From: Heteronotia binoei
Taxonomy: Eukaryota
Reading direction: 5' to 3'
DNA: 64,000 bases
NCBI RefSeq assembly: GCF_032191835.1
Contig: NC_083235.1
Span: 37,014,001 to 37,078,000 of the forward strand
Below the pieces are notes generated by a model. The model was not told the DNA's origin. It made no database searches and saw nothing but the letters and a program-made list of their open reading frames with translations. Position numbers and translations under genes: made by a program. Position 1 is the stretch's first letter; every line of letters starts with the position of its first letter. Shown here piece by piece: positions 49,699 to 61,191 of the stretch.

Positions 49699-49878
49699 CA
49701 GGCTTTTTTGTAGCAGGAACTCCTTTGCATATCAGGCCACACACCCCTGATGTAGCCAATCCCCAAAGAGTTCACAGGGCTATTAGTACAGGGCCTACTG
49801 TAAGCTCCAGGAGGATTGGCTGCATCAGGGGTGTGTGGCCTAATATGCAATGGAGTTCCTGCTACAAAGAAAGCCCTG
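49699..49878. mobile_element. Long-TIR palindromic MITE (sister of 17282-17466)
   Basis: TGTAGCAGGAACTCC...GGAGTTCCTGCTACA. Confidence 0.8.
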
Positions 49879-50161
49879 AAACACTATCATGCACAGATCT
49901 TGAGCAGCACCAGACTTTTCTTTCATGAGACCTACTCACTAGGATTAGGAAGAGCACCAGAAATGAAGCTGTTGGATAAACAGCACAGAGAGGAATCCTA
50001 TGAGTTAAAACCCTTTTTTAAAAACCCTAGAGCCAATCTTTTTGTGATCTTTCCTTCAAGATTCTAGGGGATAAATGAGCTACTCTTCAGCTGCAGGCAA
50101 ACTACCAATAACTCACAAGTTACTGATGGAGACCTCCCAGGCCTGACATTTGTCCCCCTAG

Positions 50162-50291
50162 CAGCCTGGTGGAAGATTCTGGAGAATTTGAAAGCTTGTA
50201 TCATTTTGGTTGCTTCCAATCAAGGGTACTGTGTGGCTTTTTTTTTTTTTATTACACCTCAAGAAGAGTTCTGTGTATGCCGAAAGCTTGC
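50162..50291 (+). other. Two tandem, degenerate hammerhead-like motifs (Penelope-like relic)
   Basis: CTGGTGG-AAGATTC(TGGA)GAATTT-GAAAGCTTG (50166-50198) and CTCAAGA-AGAGTTCTGTGTATGCC-GAAAGCTTG (50258-50290). Confidence 0.45.
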
Positions 50292-50773
50292 TTTGGGGAT
50301 TTTGAAACTGCCTGCAAGAGGAGTAATGCCTTTGATGGGGCAGCTACGCCCTTCATAAGCACCCTGAGACCGTTTGCCATGCTTGGAATAAGAGTAGCAA
50401 ATGGATTGTTTACAGCTCTAACACCGAAACCCTCTCACAGGGCGGGCTGTTTCTATTAAAAATATACACTTTACATTTGTAAATTATTAATGAGCAAATG
50501 AATGATTCACAAAAATGACATCACAACCCTTTACAGCATTTTGTAAGCCAAGAAGACAGGCCCCTGATTCCCAAGGAGCTTACAACTTAAATGTTGACAG
50601 TGTAGGGAAAACAACAGGCAGCGGGGAAAGAGACAAATTTAGCTAAGGATTAACATGAGCAAATGCAGGTATCCAGTTGGAGATAAGGAGGACTGAATTA
50701 AGGGTCTTAGGCAAACCCTTCATGGAAAAGGTGAGTTTGGAGGAAGGATCTGAAGGAAGGGGTAGGATACCAC

Positions 50774-50989
50774 CAATATTCCCTCTAAGCTGCAGAGTCT
50801 TGTGAGCAAAAATTCTACTTTGTGAGCTACTGGTATTAAAACTGTGAGTTACTGGCATTAAAGTTGTGAGCTACTGCATAAACTATTGTGCTCTGGGGTC
50901 ATCCTTCCTGAGCTAAGACAAGAATATGTGAGCTGGAGGCTAAAAATCTGAGAGCTAGCTCACACCAACTCAGCTTAGAGGGAACACTG
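50774..50989. mobile_element. hAT MITE with perfect 8-bp TSD GATACCAC
   Basis: CAATATTCCCTCTAAGCT / AGCTTAGAGGGAACACTG; TSD at 50766-50773 and 50990-50997. Confidence 0.9.
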
Positions 50990-53347
50990 GATACCACATG
51001 CCTGTTCAAGGAGCCCTGGGTATAAGGGGCAGAAAGAGACGGTGGCTGAGAATGATAGAGTTATGTGAGTAAAGTAGGGTTGCAAATCCCCAGTTGAGGG
51101 TAGGGGATGCTCTGGTTTGGAGGCTCTCTCCCTGTTTCAGGGTTCAGGCACTCCATTATGCCTCAACTGGTCCCCATAGGGTATAATGGTGAATTGATCT
51201 GTGGGTATCTGCGGCTCTGGGGATGTTGTTTTTTTAGGTAGAAACACCAGATTTTCAGCATAGCATCTGGTGCCTTTCCTCAACCCGCCCCCCCCCCAAC
51301 GTTTCAAAAATATTGGACCAGGTGGTCCAATTCTATGAGCCCCAACAGAAGGTGCCTCCATCCTCCATTATTTCCAATGAAGGGAAGGCATTTAAAAGGA
51401 GTGTGGTCCCTTTAAATGTGATGGATAACACTCCCTTTGAAGTTCAATCATACTTGCTCCTGTCTCCACCCTCAGAGTCTCCTGTCTCCCCTCCACCCCA
51501 GGGCCGTAGCCAGGATTTCATGTTTGGTAGGGCCCACAGCAGGATTTGTTGTTTGTGGGGAGGGCGGGGGCCACCTGGTTCGGCAGTCCAGGGCTCTTGA
51601 CACTTTAAGCTACCTTGAGTTCCACAACTTAACTCCCCTTCACCTGGGCAGTTACAGCAGCTCTGCTCCCCCCACCCCTTTCTTATGTGCCCCTCTCTCA
51701 GAGAGACAGAGACCTCTTGACTCCCCCCATACACACTTTGCTCTGCATGCCGTGTTAGGGAAGGAGAGAGAAAAAAGCAAAAAGACCAGCAGCAGTGCTA
51801 CTATTTGTTCAGAGTGGCGGTGAGCAAAGGGGACAGATTGGGGGCCCTCCAATGGAGGGGGCATATCGTTTATTTAATTTTTTATTTTATTGGATTTATA
51901 TAGTGCTCTCCCTGCCAAAGCAGGCTCAGGGCGGCTCACAACACATAATTTACAATAAAAACATTTACATTAAAAATATTAAACAGTTTGAAATAATTTG
52001 GTGCTATAAGTTGGAAGGGGGGGGTTAAAAAGATGGGCCTGGCCTCTCCCAGCCCCCACTGCAGCTACGCCCCCAAAGTCTCCAGATATATCCTGAATTG
52101 GACCTGGCAACCCTAGAATAAAAGTCACAGGCAAAGTTATCTGGGAAATCTGGTCATATCCTGGTTAATGAGAAGGTTCAATGTAAGGAATGTCAGGACT
52201 GCAGTCAGGGAGACTCGAGGTCAGAATTGCTATGCAATTCATTTGGTGACCTTGGGCCAATCATTCTCTCAGACCAGTCAGCCTAACCTACTTTACAGGG
52301 TTGTTGTGGGAGATAGGACGGGGGAGGGCCCTACCCTGAGAGCACTTTGGAGGAAGGATTGGTTTGAAATCTAATGAATTAAAAAGTGATATAAGCAAAT
52401 CTCTCATTACTGCGGTTCAAATCCTTGTAACTGTTCATGCATTGTGTCAACATAATGGGCACATTTCTAAGGGACACTGTCAGGATGAGCTTCCCTTTAT
52501 GCATCTGTCTCTGAGAGAGGAAATGTTGCTTATGAGTCACAGCAGGAGTCGATCATTGCCCAGGCCTGGGCACAGTTCCTGTCTGATACAGGACTCCCTT
52601 AGCATACTCCGGTTTATAAAATGGCACAGGGGAGGAAGTGGGATAGATTTCATGAAGTTCAGAATCATTTTGTTTGTAAAGCAAAGTTCATACTAGTTTT
52701 TCATATTTCATGACTTAAGGAACATGATACTTAGAATACAAGCAACTTTATGTATTTGTGTATTCACAATTCCTCCCCACCCCCCACCATGTTCTTTGGT
52801 CCTGACTCCCAGGAATGGAAATCAGTGAATGCCTTGGATAAATTTAGAGCTCCTAACTGGAATTGCTTTTGGGTAGCCTGTATAATTCCCTGGGATTTTA
52901 CTCCCAGTGCTGTTAGTTTAAAATCTTCTGACCTCTTCATGTTTCAGGCTGGTTGAAGAAAATGGATACCTGTTCCCTAACTCCAGAATTTGTGTGAGCT
53001 GCATCCGTTATGAAAAATGTATTAACAGCCTGGAATTTGTGCTCAAGGTACACATGATGTGACCTGTTTTTTATGGGTGTGTTTAGATGGCCTTTTTAAA
53101 ATGGATGTGCGTTAATGGCTTTGTAGAATTATCTTAGCTGTAAGTCACCTCCAGTCGGTCTGCAAAGAGGAGGCAGAGAAATTTCTAGATAACTATATAA
53201 ATAAAAATACATGTAACTTCATTATTATTTCCCCCAACATTTTACAAAATATACTGGAACCATAGGGGCTGAGATTAAAATAGGGTTGCCAGCTTCCTGA
53301 AGAAGAAAAAATGCCCTGCCCTTTTAAAATAGAGATTCCACTGCATG

Positions 53348-53690
53348 TTGTTTATTTGTTTATTTTATTTTTATTTATACCCTGCCCTATCCCAGGAGTG
53401 GGCTCAAGGTAGCTTACAACAAAAAACCATCAAAACAGTAAAAACAGTAAAAACAGTAAAACACTGAATGGCACAATAAAATTGTAACAAAAATCATGCC
53501 TCATGGCAGACAGAGATAGGTGCCCCATGAAGCGCCAGTGCCCAGTTCATATCCATTGGGGTACTGGGGAAGGGGACATGGACAGGGAGGCCAGAAGGAT
53601 TGAATGTCCGCTACCTCAACTAAAAGCCTGGTGGAGCAGCTCTGTTTTACAGGCCCTGCGGAACTGTAGTAAATCCTGCAAGGCCCTGAT
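53348..53690 (-). mobile_element. L2 3' end (continues at 55722-55930 after the CR1 insertion)
   Basis: (TTTAT)n tail, TTTATACCCTGCCC, and the L2 C-terminal signature AAAAGCCTGGTGGAGCAGCTCTGTTTTACAGGCCCTGCGGAA. Confidence 0.75.
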
Positions 53691-55719
53691 AAGGTAAGAA
53701 GGACTCCTTTAAGCAGTGGAAAGCTAGGCCAAGTGAGATTAATAAAAGGGAACACAGGCTGTGGCAAATCAAATACAAGACTGTGATCAGGCAGGCAAAA
53801 AGGGACTATGAGGAGCATATTGCAAAAAACATAAAAACCAACAATAAAAATTTCTTCAAATATATTAGAAGCAGGAAACCAGCCAGGGAGGTAGTGGGGC
53901 CCTTGGGTGACCAAGGGGTAAAAGGAATACTGAAGGAGGATAGGGAAATGGCTGAGAAGCTGAATGCATTTTTTGCCTCTGTCTTCACTGTGGAAAATGA
54001 GAAGAGTTTGTCCGCTCCAGAACCACTAATTTTGGAAGGGGTGTTGAAAGACCTGAGTCAGATTGAGGTGACAGGAGAGGAGGTCCTACAACTGATTGAC
54101 AAATTAAAAACTAATAAATCACCAGGTCCGAATGGCACACATCCAAGAGTTCTGAAAGAACTCAAAGTTGAACTTGTGGATCTCCTGACAAAAAATATGT
54201 AATCTTTCATTGAAATCTGCCTCCATTCCCGAGGACTGGAAGGTAGCAAATGTCACCCCCATCTTTAAAAAGGGTTCCAGAGGAGATCTGGGAAATTACA
54301 GGCCAGTCAGTCTGCCTTCAATACTGGGAAAGTTGGTAGAAACCATTATCGAGGATAGAATGAGTAGGCATATTGATGAACACAAATTATTGAGGAATAC
54401 TCAGCATAGGTTCTGTAAGGGAAGATCTTGCCTCACTAACCTGTTACAGTTCTTTGAGGGGGTGAACAAACATGTGAACAAAGGGGACCCAATAGATGTT
54501 GTTTACCTTGACTTCCAGAAAGCTTTTGATAAAATTCGTTATCAAAGGCTCCTTAGTAAGCTCGAGAGTCATGGAGTAAAAGGACAGGTCCTCTTATAGA
54601 TCAAAAACTGGCTAATTAATAGGAAGCAGAGAGTGAGTATAAATGGGCAGTCTTCGCAGTGGAGTACAGTAAGCAGTGGGGTACCGCAGGGCTCAGTACC
54701 GGGTCCCATGCTCTTTAACTTGTTCATTAATGATTTGGAGTTGGGAGTAAGCAGTGAAGTGGCCAAGTTTGCAGATGACACTAAATTATTCAGGGTGGTG
54801 AGAACCAGAGAGGATTGTGAGGCACTCCAAAGGGATCTGTTGAGGCTGGGTGAGTGGGCGTCAACATGGCAGATGTGGTTCAATGTGTCCAAGTGCAAAG
54901 TAACGCACATTGGGGCCAAGAATCCCAGCTACAAATACAAGTTGATGGGGTGTGAACTGGCAGAGACTGACCAAGAGAGAGATCTTGGGGTCATGGTAGG
55001 TAACTCACAGAAAATGTCAAGACAGTGAGCGATTGCAATAAAAAAGGCCAACGCCATGCTGGGAATTATTAGGAAGGGAATTGAAAACAAATCAGCCAGT
55101 ATCATAATGCCCCTGTATAAATCGATGGTGCGGTCTCATTTGGAATACTGTGTACAATTCTGGTCACCGCACCTCAAAAAGGATATTATAGCATTGGAAA
55201 AAGTCCAGAAAAGGGCAACTAGAATGATTAAAGGTTTGGAACACTTTCCCTATGAAGAAAGGTTAAAAGGGAGACTGATGTGATGAGGTGGGGACATTTC
55301 TACTTGCACGTTTGGAGCTCTTTAGCTTGGAGAAACGTCGACTGTGGGGTGACATGATAGAGGTTTACAAGATAATGCATGGGATGGAGAAAGTAGAAAA
55401 AGAAGTACTTTTCTCCCTTTCTCACAATTCAAGAACTCGTGGGCATTCAATGAAATTGCTGAGCAGTCAGGTTAAAACGGATAAAAGGAAGTACTTCTTC
55501 ACCCAAAGGGTGATTAACATGTGGAATTCACTGCCACAGGAAGTGGTGGCAGCTACAAGTATAGCCAGCTTCAAGAGGGGATTGGATAAAAATATGGAGC
55601 AGAGGTCCATCAGTGGCTATTAGCCACAGAGTGTGTGTGTGTGTGTATTGGACTGTCCAGAGTGTTGGACTGGATGAGCCATTGGCCTGATCCAACATGG
55701 CTTCTCTTATGTTCTTATG
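53691..55719 (+). mobile_element. CR1 LINE, 5'-truncated (~2.0 kb), same family as 23786-26195, with several disabling changes
   Basis: Supplied ORFs 53783-54202, 54210-54599, 54633-55028, 55056-55283 and 55288-55623 are fragments of one ORF2. Disruptions include a +1 A near 54190, TAG at 54597, TGA at 55026 and a 40-nt insertion at 55269. Ends CTTCTCTTATGTTCTTATG. Confidence 0.97.
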
Positions 55720-55721
55720 AT

Positions 55722-55930
55722 CTCAAGTGAGAGCATGTTCCACCAGATTGGGGCAAGGGCCAAAAAAGCTAAGGCAAAAGACCCACCTGGTTGAGACTAA
55801 GCGAACATCCCTTGGGCCAGGGACCACCAGGAGGTGCTGGTTGGCAGAGTGTAAAGTTCTCTGGGGCTCATATGGAATGAGGCAGTCCCATAGGTATGAT
55901 GGTCCCAGGCTGTGTAGGTCCCCAGGTGAT
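55722..55930 (-). mobile_element. L2 ORF2 fragment (upstream part of the element at 53348-53690)
   Basis: The minus strand encodes remnants of ..LLVVPGPR..AFFALAPIWWNML. Confidence 0.65.
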
Positions 55931-56299
55931 GGTATTCGCTTTTAGGCCATTAAAAGCTTCAGCTGCCCATTCCACATGTTAACCCTCTATTAAAAGGACA
56001 GGACACTTTTCTCCAGGCCTTAAAAGGGGGACTGATGTGGTGGGGTGGGGGACATTTCTACTTGCACTGTTTTTCTGTTGAAAATTGCCACCCTCAGCTG
56101 CACTGGGGAGAAAGTAGGGGTACCTGTAAACATGAAATCTGTGTACACCAACAGTCCCCAACATGGTGTCCACCAACACTTTTACTGGTGCCCACTAGGT
56201 ATTTTTAGAAAATGGGCAGGGCCAGGTGAGTCTTTTTCCTAGCAAGGTTTCTGATTGGCTGTGCAGATATGTATATAAAAAAACACTGCTTCAATAGCA

Positions 56300-56490
56300 G
56301 AAGAAGAGGTGGTGGAGATTGGATTTATACCCTGTCCTTAATTCAGAGTGGTTTACAATCTCCTTTCCCTTCCCCTCCCCACAACATACACCCTGTGAGA
56401 TAGGTGGAATTGAAAGAGCTCTCAGAGAACTGCTCTTGAGACAACAGCTCTGAAAGAACTTGTGACTGACTCAAGGTCACGCCAGCAGGT
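56300..56490 (-). mobile_element. Squam3-like SINE, 3' part
   Basis: GGATTTATACCCTG..CCCCACAACATACACCCTGTGAGATAGGTGG, homologous to 39476-39748. Confidence 0.75.
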
Positions 56491-57911
56491 AGCACCGGTA
56501 GCTGCTGCCACCACATGACAAAGACATTGACTTTGTGACTAAAGGTAAGCTGCAGCAACTACCACCTTCAGCAGAACATTGTGTGGCAGTCATTGTGTGG
56601 CTGCGTCCACCTTTCTGTTTTAGAATTCCAAAGGTGTCTGTAGGCTCAAAAAGACCCCTGTGGTACATATCTGTTGTAAAACAGTTGCAAATATGTGCCT
56701 GTTCTCACATGAGAACAAGATATGTGAAGATAAGGAAAATGTTACATGTATTTTGTTGCACAATATGTTGATATTCATTTGCTGGGAACAATCCTTGCTT
56801 GATGTGCATACATTTTATACAAATCTATTTCCTTTTCTTATGGGATGCAAGAAAAGCATGATTAGTGCACGCGCGCATATGCACGAGCATCCCACTGATG
56901 CAGATTTTTGCAACTCTAACAGGGACTGGATTTTTCACACCTTCCCACTTGTCAGATGAGATATTTGCAAAGGATCTGTATATCCTGGCAGTGTGTGTTT
57001 ATTGCTAATAGAAGAGACTATGGGGACGTTGTGAATCTGTCGCCTCTACTGCTTGCTAGCAAAGGGAACTGGTCATGCCTTATCCTTAGCAGAGCTGGTG
57101 TCATGTCTTTGAAATTTCCCTCCGATCTCTTATCAGAGAGGGTGTCAGAAGGTCAGATGGACCCCTTAGGGGATCCTCCCTGTTAGCCTGCCCTGTCCTT
57201 AGGAATTAGGGTCCTTTTGTCATTCGTTAGAAATAAAACACTTGCTCCCCTGCCCTGGAAGAGAGAGAAACAGATGGGGTCAGAGGAACCTCTTGGTCTC
57301 TAGCTGCATTGCTACAGAGAAAGGGTGAGTTTCTCCAGCTGGTATCCAGCACAGTTAGAGTGGTGAGAGTCAGGGAGCAATATCTAGAACAGTTTGGTCC
57401 CTCCAACACTCGTACCTTGGGAAGAGTCTTTGAGCAAGCATCTGGGGTTTTGGTACACAGCTGTGCTCTTGCCCATCTTTAGGCTTATCTTCACAGCTCT
57501 CATTTTGCTTTCCCAGAAAGTCCCGCATTGAGGGTGATACCAAGTAATGTCCAGATTGTTGCCCACTGTAAAGGCAAGCGCCCTTTCTGCAGTATAGCTT
57601 CTCTGTTGGACTCCCACAACTTGTTTTTTTGGTTCTTAACCTGGGAATTGCACTGTGAGAGGCCCAGACTTGGGACCCTGCGGGTCAGATACAATAAAAA
57701 TCATGTGGCATTGTGTGTAGTATAGCCAGGAGATCCAAAGATTGTCTGGCAGCCTGAAGTCCTAGCTCTTTTGTGCAGGAACAGATCTATGTTTTTTAAA
57801 AATGATGCCCCCTTATGGGTCATTCTCTTATGGGCCCATAGAATAGAATGGACTCTGTAACCAGTTTGGTGTCCCGGGGCAAGCACCCCCTCTGCTCCCA
57901 CCTAGATCCAG

Positions 57912-58075
57912 CCCTGTTTTTGTGGTGAGTTAGACTTATTGGGGGGGGGGGGGCTGAGAGAGGTCTGGAAGGACCCAAGGTCACCCAGCTGGTTTCATGT
58001 GGAAGACTGGGGAATCGAACCCAGTTCTCCAGATTGCAGTCCACTGCTCTTAACCACTAAGCCAAACTGGCTCTT
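57912..58075 (-). mobile_element. Squam3-like SINE, 5' part
   Basis: Minus-strand head AGAGCCAGTTTGGCTTAGTGGTTAAGAGC..GGGTTCGATTCCCC. Confidence 0.75.
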
Positions 58076-58348
58076 ATGAGTCAGACACAGAGATGGTGAC
58101 TTACCTTCCTTCCCAACTTTCTGTGTGACTAGAGAGATTGCCAGGCTACCACTTTAGCATCATTCTCTTCTTATGGTTGGTCTACCAGCCTACCAACCCT
58201 TGAAAAGTTCCAAGGCAGGCAGAGAAGCTGCAGCTGCTGCAACTTCTGCTACACCACTTGCCAGCTACCTTCTCCCACCATCTAGTTTTGGGGCAAAACT
58301 GGATTCCTGCTTGCAACCCTAATCTGGGAGAAAAATGTAGGTGAGGAT

Positions 58349-58542
58349 CCACACTCCCTCTAAGCTGTGGAGTCTTGTATGCAAACATTCTATTTTGTGA
58401 GCAACTGGCATTAAACTTGTGAGCTGTTGCATAAATTAGTTTGTTCTGGACTAATTTTTCCTGAGCTAAGACAAAAATGTGTGAATCAGAGGCTAAAAAA
58501 CAGTGAGCTAACTCACACTAACTCATCTTAGAGGGAACACTG
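58349..58542. mobile_element. hAT MITE, ..CCCTCTAAGCT family
   Basis: TSD GTGAGGAT/ATGAGGAT (7/8); homologous to 22200-22416. Confidence 0.8.
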
Positions 58543-58616
58543 ATGAGGATGTTCATGGAGGAACAATACGGTTGGCTGCATTCTTTTCTCCTCCCCCCAC
58601 AGCCTCTGAGCTTTTT

Positions 58617-60627
58617 TTTGGGTTAAAACAATTTTATTTATTATATGGTAACAATATCTTATTCCTGCATCATTAATAACTTCTTTTTATCTATCCCATA
58701 TATTACTTTCTACCCACCCCTCCCCCCGTTATTTGACCCTCGCCGGTGTTATTTACTTATAATACTAATATTAAAAGGTACCCTTAACTAAGAAAAACAA
58801 AAATTTACATTCTTCTTCCTTCTAAGACTTAATCATTATCAAAAATTGTCCAATGTCCTTTTATTTTCCACTCTTTTTCTACATATCTTCTGAACTTTTT
58901 CCACTCCATCTTAAAAACTTCTAAGATAGTCTCTTAAAATTCTTGTTAATTTGTCCATTTCACTCCATGTCATAACTTTTACAATTCAATCCCATTTCTC
59001 TGGTATTTTTTCTTGCTTCCACAACTGCGCATATAATGTCCTAGCAGCTGAAAGCAAGTACCAAATTATAGTTCTATCTTCTTTTGGAAATTTTTCCATT
59101 TGTAATCCCAACAGAAAAGTCTCTGCAATTTTCTTAAATCCATATCCCAAGATCCTAGAAATTTCTTGTTGAATCATTTGCCAATACTTTTTTGCTCTTT
59201 CACAAGTCCACCACATATGGTAGAAAGAACCTTCATGTTTTTACATTTCCAACATCTGTCTGGCATTTTATTGTTCATCGTTGCCATCTTTTCAGGAGTA
59301 TATACCATCTATACATCATTTTAAAACAGTTCTCTTTAATACTATGACACGTCGAAAGCTTCATAGAGTTCTTCCACAAATATTCCCAAGTTTCCATCTG
59401 TATTTCTTTATTTACATTTATTGCCCACAATAATTTGAGATTTCACTACTTCATCTTCCGTAGACTTAAAAGTAATTTATATAGTTTTGAAATTAATTTT
59501 TCATTGTCTCCAAGCAGAACTCTTTCCATTTCTGTTTGCTCTTTTCTTATTTCTTCCATTTTAATATCATTATCCACCAAGCTCTTTATTTGTTGCATTT
59601 GGAACCAATCATATTTATTATTCAACTCTTCAGCAGTTTTCAATTCGATTTTGCCACTTTGTATTTTTAATAGTTGATTATATGACAACCACTTTTCTTC
59701 ATCCGTCTCAGCTGTTATTTTTATTACTTCTGCTGGCACTTGTCGGTATGGGTGTTAGCAGAGAGAGCTGTGTGATGTGCTCAACGATGAGCCCCAGGAA
59801 AGAAGTGAGCCAGACACCTGCAGCTAGTGCTAAAATAGTGTATTTACAGTATATACAACTCGTGCTCACTAGTGCAGTCAAATACATTAAACACAGGACC
59901 AAAGTGCTCCGCCAGCATTTGTACTCTCGAAGAGAGACCTGTGCATTGCAAGCACAGTCCATTTATAGTTCTGTCAGCCAATCCTGGCAGTCCACAGTCA
60001 TGCTGACTCAGCAGGTCCTTTCCACCTGTCTTCAGCCGGCTCAAACCGGCCTGTAGATAAGGTCACTGTGACCTAGCATGCCAGCTAGATCACCTGCTGT
60101 CATAACAGAGCTGTCAAACTGTGTTAAGATAGATTCAATTACTGACAGCACTATCTATAACGGTTTTCTCTCATCTCCATATTTCTTATATTTTACCATG
60201 TATTTAGCAAATTATTTCTTATATAATGGTGAGAGAAAAAACCTTCCATCTTTTTTCCCCATAATACATATAAGCGTGCCAGCCAAATTTATTTCCATGA
60301 CCTTCCAACGCTAAGAGTTTTTTTTTTAACAGCATCATCCATTCTTTTATCCACACTAAACAAACTGCTTCGTGATATAATTTTAAATTTGGTAATTGGA
60401 ATCCGCCTCTCTCTTTTGCATCTGTTAAAATTTTCATTTTAATCATTGGTTTCTTCCCAGCCCACACAAACTCTGAAATTTTTCTTTGCCATCTATTAAA
60501 TTGTTTACTGTCTTTCATAATCGGGATAGTTTGAAACAAATACATTATTCTTGGTAGAATATTCATTTTAATTACAGCTATTCTGCCCAGCAATGACAAA
60601 TTAAGTTTATTCCATTTTAACGTATCT
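58617..60627 (-). mobile_element. L1 LINE 3' fragment with ~17-bp TSD, interrupted by a solo LTR
   Basis: ORF2 remnants WNKLNLSLLGRIAVIKMNILPR, ERGGFQLPNLKLYHEA and HMWWTC; AATAAA and a poly(A) remnant near 58612-58638; flanks ACAGCCTCTGAGCTTTT (58599) and ACAGCTTCTGAGTTTTT (60628). Confidence 0.88.
59741..60147 (-). mobile_element. Solo LTR (407 bp) with 5-bp TSD GCACT
   Basis: TGTCGGTA...TACTGACA (7/8 inverted ends); TSD at 59736-59740 and 60148-60152; minus-strand TATAAA at ~59985. The L1 reading frame resumes across the site. Confidence 0.9.
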
Positions 60628-61191
60628 ACAGCTTCTGAGTTTTTGACCATTTTGCCATGTTGTCTGGATTAAGAACTAGCAGCACAAGGCTTTTAATTAC
60701 AATAGCATAGTATTTCAGCTGCACAGGGAGAAGCTTTGCCAGAGGAGAGATTGTAATGCTGTTTTAGTTTTCATATTTAAAACAAAATCCAGGTAGGCAG
60801 AGACCCTGATTTAGGAGAGGACAATAGCCTGCTTCCAAATAATGACAACCAAACTTTTTTTTTTTTTTTAAGGGCAAATTAGGTGGCCTTGGATTGGCAG
60901 ACTGTTGGACTACTCACTCAGGGCAGCCACAGGCATATCTAACATGTCTCCAAGTAATCTACAATTATTTTCCATACTGCAATCACAATATAAACCATTT
61001 ATATTTGTAGTCTGTCATGGACAAAGCTCTGAGCTAAGAACAGCACCGTAGGCTTAAAAGACACCAGAGCAAGAGGAAAAGAGCCAGATAAATCCATAGA
61101 GCATGACGATCCACATCTAATTCAGGTTCATTTGAGGGACTGAAGACAGTAAAGGAATTGACATGTGGTGAGAGGCAATGAGACCCGTTCT

